Shown here: piece after piece, positions 38,996 through 48,126 of the stretch
How the letters are laid out: each line of letters opens with the position of its first letter
How positions within the stretch are numbered: position 1 is the first letter of the stretch
Assembly: GCA_036558125.1 (NCBI GenBank)
Contig: DATBGE010000108.1
Coordinates: 30,813 to 94,812, forward strand
Length of the DNA stretch: 64,000 bases
Source of the DNA: Gemmatimonadales bacterium
GTDB lineage: Bacteria > Gemmatimonadota > Gemmatimonadetes > Gemmatimonadales > GWC2-71-9
Direction: 5' to 3'
Notes under the pieces: generated by a model
What the model was told of the DNA's origin: nothing
The model's database searches: none
What the model saw: only the letters and a program-made list of their open reading frames with translations
Made by a program: the position numbers and the translations under genes

Positions 38996-39441
38996 TGGTT
39001 GTAGGCCCTGACGGGGAGTTCCAGGGTGACCGTGCCGGCTCGACTGAAGACGAGAGTTACCGGCATCCGCTCACCGGGTTTGGGAAGCCGGCTGAGTTGC
39101 TCGAGCATCAGATGGGTGCCACCAGGCTTGAGTGTCACTTCTTCGCCGGGAGGAATGGGAAGCCGTTCGATCCTCGCCATCCCGGCGGCTCCTTCAGACT
39201 GCATCGTTCCGTGAATCATCGCCGACTTCGCGATGGAGGACTGGACCGACACGAGCGTATCAGGCTTGTCGCTGGTGTTGCGGATCGTGAAGTAGGCGGC
39301 ACCCGACTCCTGCGTGATCGGGGAATACGCGAACCCGCCGGTGATGCGGATGTTCCCGAACTCGGCCTTGAGGGTTGGCGGTGCCGCCTTGCCGCAGCTC
39401 CAGCCAAAGAAGAGCAATCCGGCAAATAGGCCCCGAATCAC
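38992..39441 (-). CDS. copper chaperone PCu(A)C
   Basis: SAMIHGTMQSE...GGTHLMLEQL matches the H(M)x10Mx21HxM-type Cu(I) motif. GTGA overlap with the Sco stop. Lipobox FFGWSCG. Confidence 0.8.
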   Translation of the reverse strand: MIRGLFAGLLFFGWSCGKAAPPTLKAEFGNIRITGGFAYSPITQESGAAYFTIRNTSDKPDTLVSVQSSIAKSAMIHGTMQSEGAAGMARIERLPIPPGEEVTLKPGGTHLMLEQLSRLPKPGERMPVTLVFSRAGTVTLELPVRAYNQ

Positions 39442-40064
39442 GCCGGGCCTACCATCTTCGCGAGAAGTTCCAGGTCTTTGGCCCAATCGGCCTGGCGCAC
39501 GCCGAACGGATAGACCACGTGAGCCGAATCATCCGGCGTGAAGGCAAGAACGAGGGCAGCGTGACCCACGCTGTACCCCGTGTCGGCCGGCGTCAGCTGC
39601 GGCTCTCGTGATGCCTCGCCGAGCTTGAGCCCGCGCTGGATCGCGTTGACTTCGGCGAGGCTACCGCGCAGCCCGACGAATCCGGGATCGAACTTATTCA
39701 GCCACGCGCGGATCACCTCGGGGGTATCGCGGTCGGGATCGGTGGTGACAAACACGACTTCCACCTTCCGCTGGACCTCGGGGCCAAGGGTTTGGAGTGC
39801 CGCGGCGATATTCGCGAGATGCACAGGGCAGACGTCGGGGCAATGGGTGTAACCGAAGAAGAGCAGGGTAATCTTGCCCTCGGTCTGCTGGCGGAAGTTG
39901 AACGGTGATCCGTCGGTCGCGGTCAGGGTGAAGTCAGGTTTGGGAATCGCCTGGCCGAGTGTGGGTCCCGCAAGGCCTGACGGGTTGAAGGCCGCGGGTT
40001 TCCGGTCGCAGCCGATGAGTGCGAGGACCAGCACGACCGAACGAAGGGCTCTTGCGGTAGTCAT
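39438..40064 (-). CDS. SCO family copper chaperone/thiol-disulfide oxidoreductase
   Basis: FGYTHCPDVCP CxxxC motif and a conserved downstream His (GHAALV). Confidence 0.9.
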   Translation of the reverse strand: MTTARALRSVVLVLALIGCDRKPAAFNPSGLAGPTLGQAIPKPDFTLTATDGSPFNFRQQTEGKITLLFFGYTHCPDVCPVHLANIAAALQTLGPEVQRKVEVVFVTTDPDRDTPEVIRAWLNKFDPGFVGLRGSLAEVNAIQRGLKLGEASREPQLTPADTGYSVGHAALVLAFTPDDSAHVVYPFGVRQADWAKDLELLAKMVGPA

Positions 40065-41014
40065 AGTGTGGGGGCCGGCAGAGAGACGAGGACCGCGGTG
40101 GCGACAAGTATCAGCGCCGCCAAGGTCAGCTCGATGGCCGCGGAGCCGCGAAAAGCGGAAGCGCCTTGGGCGGAATCGAGCCGGGGTGAAAGGGATTTCC
40201 AGTGATAGGCGCCGAGAGCCGCGGTGGCACTGAGCAGCACGATCTTGATCAGCAGCGTCTTCCCATACGTACTACCCCAGAAGGCTTCCAGGCTTCCCAC
40301 GTACGCCACCCCGAGCACCACGCCCGCTCCGACAACAAGCGCGGCACCGGTGAGGGCGAGGGGCGAGAACGCCCGCACCATGCGAGCCAGGAGTGCGGTG
40401 CCTTCAAAGGCTCCGCCTTCCCGCACGCCGCGAAACCCCGCCACGAAGAGCACGAAGAGAGTGCCGATCCATACTCCGGCGCCGAGCAGGTGCAGACCGT
40501 GAAGCGAGACACCGGCGAGCCGGCCCCAGGGATTCTCCATTGCGTGTCCGGTGAGCGGCGATGCAAAAGCAACCATCAACGATGCCAGAATGGCCTCGGG
40601 TGAGATGCGAGTTCCATTGTTCCGCGAGCGCCAGCGAGCCAGCCCAAGCAGGACTGCCGCGAGAATGGCCGACCCGATCTGAATCGTCCAACCGCGACCC
40701 CATGTTGTCCCGGCAACGATGGCATGGATCCCATCCGCCGTTGTGGGTTCGGCCGGTTCGAGGAAGGCCCTTGCCTGTCCGTAAAGCCGAAGCAAATGGG
40801 CGCCGATCAGTACGATCGGCGCCGCAAGGACCAGCCGCCAGATTGTCTCGCGGGCTGCGTCGAGGGCTAGGTTACTCCGACCGCCTGGTTCCGAGAATCT
40901 CCCGAGCAACCCGACGCAGACGCTGCCACCGATCGTGACCAGCGTCGCGGTGTAGGCGATCCAGCGGGCCAGGGCGTAGAGGTCGAGTGGAAGTGCGGCG
41001 ACCTGATGATCCAC
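40061..41014 (-). CDS. copD: CopD family copper resistance/import membrane protein
   Basis: About 8 TM helices and the LHGLHLLGAGVWIG motif. The GTG at 41014 avoids a 65-nt overlap with copC. Confidence 0.7.
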   Translation of the reverse strand: MDHQVAALPLDLYALARWIAYTATLVTIGGSVCVGLLGRFSEPGGRSNLALDAARETIWRLVLAAPIVLIGAHLLRLYGQARAFLEPAEPTTADGIHAIVAGTTWGRGWTIQIGSAILAAVLLGLARWRSRNNGTRISPEAILASLMVAFASPLTGHAMENPWGRLAGVSLHGLHLLGAGVWIGTLFVLFVAGFRGVREGGAFEGTALLARMVRAFSPLALTGAALVVGAGVVLGVAYVGSLEAFWGSTYGKTLLIKIVLLSATAALGAYHWKSLSPRLDSAQGASAFRGSAAIELTLAALILVATAVLVSLPAPTL

Positions 41015-41015
41015 G

Positions 41016-41402
41016 TCAATTACTGGCGCCGGTCGGAGCGGAGTAAGTGAACTTGTAGGACCCGCGTACCGGGTGGCCATCTGCGGAACCAGTTTTCCAA
41101 ATCACGATGTATCCACCGGGGGCGAGGCTCACCGGGATGGTACCGGCGACACTCAAGCTGTCGTCGGTCTTCCCAAGCGTGATCCGGGCAACCGGTGCGC
41201 TATCGCTGGAGAGCAGCGCGGCGGAGGACAACGCCACCTCGGGCCGCTCGTTGAACCACAGGCGAACCTGCTTGGGGGCCTCCGTGATCGTGCCATCCAC
41301 GGCGGGCTCGGCCTTCACCAGGTGAGTGTGGATGGCGGCTGCGCCCGATGCGGTAAGGGCGAGGACGGAGAGTAAAATCAGAGTGATACGACGTCCCGAC
41401 AT
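41016..41402 (-). CDS. copC: CopC domain periplasmic copper-binding protein
   Basis: Signal peptide, then a mature N-terminal HTHLVKAEPAVDG... (His at the mature N-terminus) and an Ig-like beta pattern. Confidence 0.8.
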   Translation of the reverse strand: MSGRRITLILLSVLALTASGAAAIHTHLVKAEPAVDGTITEAPKQVRLWFNERPEVALSSAALLSSDSAPVARITLGKTDDSLSVAGTIPVSLAPGGYIVIWKTGSADGHPVRGSYKFTYSAPTGASN

Positions 41403-41453
41403 CGGGGGTCTCCTTGGTGAAAAGGTAAGGCGCTCAATTTAGCCGGGTGGGAC

Positions 41454-41471
41454 GGGGCACAGGAGTGCCCC
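41454..41471 (-). terminator. intra-operon hairpin GGGGCAC-nnnn-GTGCCCC
   Basis: 7-bp perfect GC-rich stem between the TBDR stop (41489) and the copC start (41402). No U-tract, so it may be an attenuator or processing site rather than a terminator. Confidence 0.35.
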
Positions 41472-41488
41472 GCTCCGCAGCCGCGACC

Positions 41489-43795
41489 TCAGACTCCAAA
41501 CGTCAGCCGGAACTGGACACTGCGCGGCCGGCCCACGGATGGTCCGCTGAAGAAGGCTCCTTTCAGCAGGTACTTGTGATCGAAGATGTTGTCGACAAAT
41601 AGCTCCGGGTGAAGGACAACGGTCCCAATGGGGAAGTTGTAGCCGGCACTCGCGTTCAAGATGAAACTGGGCGAGACCTTGATCGACCGGTTGAAGTCGA
41701 ACAAGCCGGTTCCATATGTGGAGTCCGGATCGTTTCCGTTGGTGAGGCCGCTGCCGTAGATACCGGTGGTGCTCAGATACAGCCTCCGGCTGGAATAGTT
41801 GATGCTGGCGACGCCGGACAGACGCTGATCGTGGTCCAAATCGAACACCGGGACGCTCACATCAACGGGGAAGAACCCGCCGGTGATCGGACTGGTGCCG
41901 TACCCGTGGTTCAACGCCAGGTTGAGGTAGCCGGAGACCGGACCGCCGGGGCGAACTTCGAGCACGGTCTCGAGGCCAGTCACCCTGACGGTATTGAGGT
42001 TGACCGAGGTCACGATCGCAGAGCCGGGCACCGTGTTGTCGTCGATCCCCGGATCACTGTCCTTCCGGTATGCGGCGAACTTCGCGACCACACCGATGGG
42101 AAAACGGTGGACCAGCCCCACCTCGTAGAAGTTGTCGCGCTCCGGGAGGGTCGGTGTCGTGGCCACACCGCCGCTCGACGAGCTGGTGATGGCCCGAAGG
42201 TCCTCGACGTTGGTCGGGATGAACTGGCGTCCATAATAGGCGTACATCGTGGTCGCCGTACTCGGGAAGAAGTTGATGCGAATGCGCGGGCTCAGTTGGT
42301 TCTGGTTCCCGGCGAATGGAGCGTTGTGGTTGTCGAAGCGGAGCCCCGGACGAATCTCCCATCGCTCGGATGGCGAGATGGCGGCCTGGACATATACCCC
42401 GATGTCGCTGCCATTCAAATCCGAGTTGCTTGCGGGCCCCGGTTGGCCGGACGCGTCCCGGGTCTCGAAGTCCTCGTGACCCCGGGTCACTGAAGCGAGG
42501 GCTCCCGTCTTGAATTCGAGGCCGTGGTGCGGGCGCAGCGTGTAGTCAAGCTTCAAGCCCGCGGTGTTGAAGTTCCGATCCTCGCTCAGGTTGTACGGTG
42601 TCGTGTCGGGGAAGAAGATGAACTGTGGCGTGTCGTTCGGTCCGGGGGTGAAGGTCAGGCTCCCGTGCCGGTAGAGCGCGCCGAGGAACAGCTCGTCGGG
42701 GGGCCTGGTGGCGTCGCCCTTCCCGAACAGATGTTGCCAGCCCAGGTTGACGAAGCCATTCACGTCTTCCTGGTTGTCATCCGAGATCACTCCGCCGGTT
42801 GAGTCGAACGGCACCTCGAACCTGGTGCGGGACCAGTTGCCATTGAGATTGATGACGTTCCCGCGGCCAGGCGTGTACTGCACCTTGCCGAAGCCGAAGA
42901 GGTCTTCGCCGTGGTTGTGGAAGTTGACCCCGCCCGTGTTGCCTGCCGTATCGAAGACCACGGGCTCCTGCCGCATGTCGGTCTCGGACCTCTGCCCGGA
43001 GCCGAAAAATCCCCAGCGCCCGCTGTTTCCGCTGGCCGTGAACCCCTGGCCATTAGTCGAGAACGATCCACCGTAAGCGGACCCGGTGACATGCAGTCCA
43101 CCGGCCGGAATTCGCGTGCTGACATTCACAATCGCTGCGTTCTTGCCGCCGTACTCCGCGTCCCAGCCTCCGGTCACAAAGTTCATTTCGTTTACCACCG
43201 CCGGGTCGAAGAGCTCATTCAGGCTCCCTGAAACACCCGAGGGAACCGGCACGCCGTCCACGTAGTAAGTGTACTCCGCGTGCTGCCCACGGATGTGCAC
43301 TTCTCCGGTGGGTGCCCGCGCCGCACCTGCGATGGACTGCTGCAGAATTTGCGAAGTGGTGGTCGTCGGAGCCCCGTGGAACTCGTCCTGCTTGTACACT
43401 TGGTCTCCGGATCGGGTATCCACAGCGACAGGGAGCTGAGCCGCAACCGACAGTTCCTGCAACTGCACGGGCGACGGGACCATGCGAACATCGAGCGTGG
43501 TATTCGGTTGGGCACCGCCGATCTTGACCTGAGTCAGCACCGGGTGAAAGCCGATGAACCGAATCTCGGCATCGTACTGCCCGTCGGAAAGATTGTGGAT
43601 CGTGAAACGGCCGAACGCGTCGGCGGAGGTGCGCACGACCACGCGATTCGACTGGGAAAGAATGATGTCAGCCCCGGCCAGGGGGTGGCCGGACGCACTA
43701 TCGGTAACCGTGCCGGTGAGATCGCCATTCACGGTGGGAGGGGCCGCGCCGAGCAGCGCGGCGGCCAGCATGAGCGAGAACATTCGAGCCTCCAC
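41489..43795 (-). CDS. TonB-dependent receptor with N-terminal carboxypeptidase-regulatory-like domain
   Basis: Signal peptide, a CarbopepD_reg-like segment (GTVTDSASGHPLAGADIILS), a plug (GEVHIRGQHAEYTYYVDGVPV) and a long beta-barrel ending in QFRLTFGV. Confidence 0.85.
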   Translation of the reverse strand: MEARMFSLMLAAALLGAAPPTVNGDLTGTVTDSASGHPLAGADIILSQSNRVVVRTSADAFGRFTIHNLSDGQYDAEIRFIGFHPVLTQVKIGGAQPNTTLDVRMVPSPVQLQELSVAAQLPVAVDTRSGDQVYKQDEFHGAPTTTTSQILQQSIAGAARAPTGEVHIRGQHAEYTYYVDGVPVPSGVSGSLNELFDPAVVNEMNFVTGGWDAEYGGKNAAIVNVSTRIPAGGLHVTGSAYGGSFSTNGQGFTASGNSGRWGFFGSGQRSETDMRQEPVVFDTAGNTGGVNFHNHGEDLFGFGKVQYTPGRGNVINLNGNWSRTRFEVPFDSTGGVISDDNQEDVNGFVNLGWQHLFGKGDATRPPDELFLGALYRHGSLTFTPGPNDTPQFIFFPDTTPYNLSEDRNFNTAGLKLDYTLRPHHGLEFKTGALASVTRGHEDFETRDASGQPGPASNSDLNGSDIGVYVQAAISPSERWEIRPGLRFDNHNAPFAGNQNQLSPRIRINFFPSTATTMYAYYGRQFIPTNVEDLRAITSSSSGGVATTPTLPERDNFYEVGLVHRFPIGVVAKFAAYRKDSDPGIDDNTVPGSAIVTSVNLNTVRVTGLETVLEVRPGGPVSGYLNLALNHGYGTSPITGGFFPVDVSVPVFDLDHDQRLSGVASINYSSRRLYLSTTGIYGSGLTNGNDPDSTYGTGLFDFNRSIKVSPSFILNASAGYNFPIGTVVLHPELFVDNIFDHKYLLKGAFFSGPSVGRPRSVQFRLTFGV

Positions 43796-43804
43796 TACGA
43801 GGGA

Positions 43805-44212
43805 TCACGCCACACTGGAGCAGTGCGACGGAGAGTTCTTGAACCGACGGATCAGTTGGAGATCAGGCGGTGTCGGTGGAGGGGCTCGTGAGAGCTGAAG
43901 CGTTCCGGGAGGTGCGGAGGGTGGTGGAACGGAGGCGCGGGTCGGAAGGGCCGTCGCCTGCGGAGCATTGTCCGGCAATGTCGGTGCGCCGACCGCTGCA
44001 GGACCTTGAGTGGACTCGAACGCCTGAGTCAGCGCGCACTCGAGAGCATGTTCGACACCGCCCCGCGGCCTCTCCCAGCGGACCGGCCCTGCCTCGGCGG
44101 GCCGGGGGCCGTGAAAAACGATGCCGTCGACGAGCGGAAGGACGATGCCGCTCACCACCAGGCCGGTGGCGAGCAGCAGGGCTTGCATTCGGACCGCGAG
44201 CGATCGCTTCAT
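43805..44212 (-). CDS. small membrane-anchored His/Cys-motif protein, paralog 1 (leader gene of the Cu module)
   Basis: Aligns by eye with the 47647..47991 and 51539..51880 products: TM helix + LPLVDGIVFHG, VEHALEC, SRAPP. Start at the ATG at 44212 is chosen from the alignment. Confidence 0.55.
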   Translation of the reverse strand: MKRSLAVRMQALLLATGLVVSGIVLPLVDGIVFHGPRPAEAGPVRWERPRGGVEHALECALTQAFESTQGPAAVGAPTLPDNAPQATALPTRASVPPPSAPPGTLQLSRAPPPTPPDLQLIRRFKNSPSHCSSVA

Positions 44213-44410
44213 CTCTCTATGCCGCACCCCGTCGCCCTGCGAGCTTTAGTGAACGCCTTGCCCCGAAGGCCGTCCGGGGCTGGAGGCCAAACCCACAGAC
44301 GATCACCGGACCGGTTGGCAGGTCCCGCCGCAACGATGCCCAGAGTCCCGCGGATACGTGATTCATCGACTGAGTTAGGCAAGCTCGGCTGGCTCTCGTG
44401 GAGGGGAGTG

Positions 44411-44453
44411 GGTGGTGGGGTCGACGGATCGAGTCCGCCTGACCCCCACCACC
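44411..44453 (-). terminator. long GC-rich hairpin downstream of the lipoprotein gene
   Basis: GGTGGTGGGGTC ... GACCCCCACCACC (one bulge) with an inner CGGA/TCCG stem, 15 nt after the stop at 44468. No U-tract. Confidence 0.35.
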
Positions 44454-44467
44454 AGACTCGTTGGAGG

Positions 44468-45124
44468 TTACTGCACCGACACAGGGAAGTTCACCGCCAG
44501 GTCGGTATCGAAGGTGGTGCCCAAGCCGTTGCCCTTCGCCTGCTCGAAGTGATGCAGCTGAACATTCAGGGTCGTGCTCGCTGTTGTTGGCGCTGCTGCA
44601 TCGACAGTAACCGTGTAGGTGGTACCGAGCGTTTGGGGAGGGGCCTGAGTGTCGGTGTTGAGGTTGTCGATGGTGATCATCCTGGTCGGGTCGGCCGGCG
44701 GGATGTTGATGCTATCCGGGGCTGCCAGGGGGTCCGCAGTAATGGTGTAGAAGAAGCGATGGAAGTTCGCCTCGTTGACCACTTCATTAGTGATGTTGAC
44801 GATGTTGTTGGGATCGATGTCGTTCAACAGCGTGATCGTCCCGTTGTATACGGTGCCCTTGGTCAGGGCAAGCGTTGCCGAAGGCGGCTGCGGAGGATCG
44901 GGAAGCTGGGTGCCGTCGGGGTCGATGATCTCGGAGGTGACCGCAGCGCCGCCGCCCACAGGAGTCAGTGTGATGATCACATGGGAGATGTTCTCGGGAT
45001 CGCCCGCGCCTGCGGGGGGTGAGGAAGGGTCGTCTCCACAAGCGCTCCCGAGGATCCCTGCGACAAACACCAGCGCAATGGTTGAGGGACGGAAGTGCCG
45101 GAGAGAGGTTTGCGATGACGGCAT
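44468..45124 (-). CDS. TBDR-associated lipoprotein of unknown function
   Basis: Lipobox GILGSACG. Conserved-looking blocks ISHVIITLTPVGGG, NFHRFFYT and LNVQLHHFEQAKGNG. Lies immediately downstream of a TBDR. Confidence 0.6.
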   Translation of the reverse strand: MPSSQTSLRHFRPSTIALVFVAGILGSACGDDPSSPPAGAGDPENISHVIITLTPVGGGAAVTSEIIDPDGTQLPDPPQPPSATLALTKGTVYNGTITLLNDIDPNNIVNITNEVVNEANFHRFFYTITADPLAAPDSINIPPADPTRMITIDNLNTDTQAPPQTLGTTYTVTVDAAAPTTASTTLNVQLHHFEQAKGNGLGTTFDTDLAVNFPVSVQ

Positions 45125-45160
45125 ATGAGCGCTCCTGTCGGTTGAAGGTGTGCTGCGGTT

Positions 45161-47530
45161 CTATTGGGTGGCTAGCGGCGCGGAGTCGCCGAATGGCACG
45201 GCAAGACGGAGCACGATGTCGCGTCCCGGATCGTTTACGAAGAGCCGGTAGCGACTCAGGTAATCCCGGTATCTCACGTTGAGCAGATTCCGGACGGCGA
45301 GGCTTGCAGTGAGGGGTTGTCCAGCGAGATGAACGGCGCCGACCCCAACCTCGGCGTTAAGCAAGACGTATCCGTCGGTGGGCAGCTTGTAGATTGTGAC
45401 CGGCGGTACCTGGTCCTGCTCACGGACCAGGGTCGCTCCCAGCTCGAGGTAGGGATCCTTTACCGAGCCACTGCTGTGCCCGTAAAGCCGGATATTGGTG
45501 ATGATCCGGTCGGCTGGCATGTCGTACAGCGGATCGCCAGTGCCGCGATCGATCCCGCGCACCAGCGTCCCGCTGACGTAAAAGCTCCACCACCAGTCGG
45601 GGGAGAAGAGCGCCGAGGCCTCGACCCCGCGCAGTCTTGCGTTGGTGTGGTCGTAGCGGTAGCCGGGGTAAGTGCCCCGTACGGTTGAGACGTCACCGAA
45701 GGGGCGCAGGAAGATGTAATCGTTGATCCGGTTCTGATATGCGCTCACTTCGAATCGCAGCGATCGGCTGATGTGCCGCAGGGTCATGTCTACATTCAGG
45801 CCGTCCTCCCTCTGAATGGTGGAATCCCCAAGTTCGTACTGTGCCGTGCCGTGATGCACCCCGGCGCTGTGTAATTCCGCCACATTGGGGGCCCGCCAGG
45901 TCCGTCCGATACTCCCGGCAAGCGACCATCCCTGTCCCAGCTGGAATGCGCTGCTGAGCGATCCCGAGAAACCGTCCCATGTCCGCTCGTCGTCGGGGCT
46001 GATCACCACGGGGTCGCCGTACTGGTAAGCATGCTGCCAGCGGTGGTCATAGCGGAGCCCGGCGGTCAGCGTCCAGCGCTGACTGAGGCTGACCTGCTCC
46101 AGGCCATAGACGCCGCCGGCATAGAGTCGGTATTGAGGAATGAGGAACGAGCGGCCGGGAGACAGGTTTCCCTGCCGCATCCCGCTCAGCCCGAAGGTTC
46201 CCGCGAACCGGCCCATGGGGGCGTGGTGGAGCCGCAGGTCGAGGGTGTGGGTGTAGAGTTCGAGCCCGAAGGCCGGTCGGGTCGACCCGCTGGCGAAGCC
46301 GATACCGTCGTACTCGCTGCGGGTGTTGTGCTGATAGCTGTAGTTCAGCTCCAGTCGGAACTTGGGTGGGAGCACCAGTTCGGTGCGCCACGACAGGAGA
46401 TCGTGCTTTACGGTCTGATAGGGGCGCCCGATTGTGTAGGAAAAGCTGTCACTCGTGAGCGGATCTTTCATCGCCCGGTCGAGGTCGGCCTTGGTGGTCA
46501 CGTGAGCCCCGAGATACATCCCCAGGTCGGTGCCGAAGTGGGAGAAGATCAACTGGCTGGTCCCCCAGGAACGGCTCAGCCCGATTGCCGCGCTGGCGTC
46601 CTTCTCTTCAAAACCGGTATTCGGGAGGTAGTAGTCGGGCGTCTGGGCGTCTCCCGCGCGGCGCAGGGTTCCTTGCACCCGCCAGCCGAGCCGTCCGAGT
46701 ACGGGAAGCCCCAGGGAAGACCCCTCCAGCAACAGGGAGCCCGCGCCCTGATGGTTGTTGCTGAAGACGTTGGTCGAGAAGAGCCCGCCGAAATGCCCGG
46801 TTTGCGGTAGCGGCCTTGGCAGCACCCGCACTACTCCGCCGAGGGCGTCGGAGCCATAAAGAACCGTTCCACTCCCGCGGATCACTTCGACCTCGTTCGC
46901 TGCGAAAGCGTCGATCTCCGGGGCGTGTTCCTCGCCCCACTGCTGCCCTTCCTGCGGCACGTCCCCGTTCATGACCCGCACCCGCTGGGAGTGCAGCCCT
47001 CGAACGACGGGCTTCGCAATGCTTGGCCCGTACTGAATCACCGTGACTCCCGGGAGCTCTTTCAGCGTTTCACCGATGGTCTGGCCGCGGTCACGGGCGA
47101 CCTCCGCCGCCGACATGACCGCTATAGCCTGCTCGTTGTGCAGGGCGGTGGAATCGCCTCTTTCGCCACTGACGACGATGGTGTCCAGCTCGATCGGCCG
47201 AACACCGAGCAGGAGGTCTACGGTCAGGCTTCCGCGGGTGAGATCCACTCGCTGCGCCAGCGGGGCGTAGCCGATCGCCCGCACCGTCAGCAACAGGACC
47301 TCGGAAGGCAACCCGCTGATCTGGTACCGGCCTTCCTGGTCGGTCGCGACGCTTCGATTGAGGTCAGGCACGGCCACCACTGCTCCGGGAACAGGGCGCC
47401 GTGAGGCGGAATCCCGTACCCAGCCCGAGACCTGTACTGTTGTCGGCGTTTCCTGCGCCCCCGCTGCAACCGGAACGGTTGCGACGAGCGCGAGCAGGAA
47501 GGCGGCAGCCACGCCGCTTCTATGATTCAT
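45161..47530 (-). CDS. TonB-dependent receptor with N-terminal carboxypeptidase-regulatory-like domain
   Basis: ATG at 47530 gives a signal peptide. Plug region DTIVVSGER...ETLKELPGVTV, followed by a long barrel. Confidence 0.85.
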   Translation of the reverse strand: MNHRSGVAAAFLLALVATVPVAAGAQETPTTVQVSGWVRDSASRRPVPGAVVAVPDLNRSVATDQEGRYQISGLPSEVLLLTVRAIGYAPLAQRVDLTRGSLTVDLLLGVRPIELDTIVVSGERGDSTALHNEQAIAVMSAAEVARDRGQTIGETLKELPGVTVIQYGPSIAKPVVRGLHSQRVRVMNGDVPQEGQQWGEEHAPEIDAFAANEVEVIRGSGTVLYGSDALGGVVRVLPRPLPQTGHFGGLFSTNVFSNNHQGAGSLLLEGSSLGLPVLGRLGWRVQGTLRRAGDAQTPDYYLPNTGFEEKDASAAIGLSRSWGTSQLIFSHFGTDLGMYLGAHVTTKADLDRAMKDPLTSDSFSYTIGRPYQTVKHDLLSWRTELVLPPKFRLELNYSYQHNTRSEYDGIGFASGSTRPAFGLELYTHTLDLRLHHAPMGRFAGTFGLSGMRQGNLSPGRSFLIPQYRLYAGGVYGLEQVSLSQRWTLTAGLRYDHRWQHAYQYGDPVVISPDDERTWDGFSGSLSSAFQLGQGWSLAGSIGRTWRAPNVAELHSAGVHHGTAQYELGDSTIQREDGLNVDMTLRHISRSLRFEVSAYQNRINDYIFLRPFGDVSTVRGTYPGYRYDHTNARLRGVEASALFSPDWWWSFYVSGTLVRGIDRGTGDPLYDMPADRIITNIRLYGHSSGSVKDPYLELGATLVREQDQVPPVTIYKLPTDGYVLLNAEVGVGAVHLAGQPLTASLAVRNLLNVRYRDYLSRYRLFVNDPGRDIVLRLAVPFGDSAPLATQ

Positions 47531-47646
47531 CCTGGCCTCCGCAATGCATCCGGCAGCGCTAGCTGCTGGGTGCATCGCAACGCCCCGGTCAACCCGGGAA
47601 CGTCAAGGAACTGCGATTTCTATTTCGCGAGAGTGAGGAGAACAGC

Positions 47647-47991
47647 TCAGAGCGAGGCGGGAGGAGCGCGGGAGTGGCACTGCGATTGGGGTTGGTGGAC
47701 CAATAAGACTGGAGTGGCGAGCGGGCGGGTCCGTACTGCAGAGAGGAGCAGCCCGGCTATCTGCGTGGGGATCGCGGGAGTGCAGCGGCCGACATTCCGT
47801 GCCAGCGATAGAGCACAGACAGCCCCGTGGCCGACATCTCGGCCGGGTGCCGACAGGGTCTCGCCCTGTGGTTGGGAAACTCCGGGCTTGGAATGGAAGG
47901 CCAGGGCATCGAACACCGGCAAGCCGAAGCCGCCGCCCACCAGGGCAGCGAACAGGACCAGTGCCTTAAGCCGGACCCAATGCCGATTCAT
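47647..47991 (-). CDS. small membrane-anchored His/Cys-motif protein, paralog 2 (leader gene of the TBDR-lipoprotein module)
   Basis: TM helix + LPVFDALAFHS, VGHGAVC, C-terminal SRAPPASL. Confidence 0.55.
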   Translation of the reverse strand: MNRHWVRLKALVLFAALVGGGFGLPVFDALAFHSKPGVSQPQGETLSAPGRDVGHGAVCALSLARNVGRCTPAIPTQIAGLLLSAVRTRPLATPVLLVHQPQSQCHSRAPPASL

Positions 47992-48126
47992 GAGCCTAAA
48001 CTAGCACGGGCACAACAGAAAGCGAAAGCCTGCTTGGGCCTGTCGACTGGCGAGGGTCATTTCTCACCATCGTCCTGTCGGGGGAACGCCGAGCGCCGCC
48101 GTTCCAATCCATCCGATGGCAATGGG

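Noticed and set aside
43805-44227. The small leader proteins as RiPP/metallophore precursors or anti-sigma factors
   Set aside because: At 113-135 aa with a TM helix they are too long for typical precursor peptides. There are no maturation enzymes and no ECF sigma or TBDR N-terminal signalling extension nearby. They are kept as an unknown accessory family instead.
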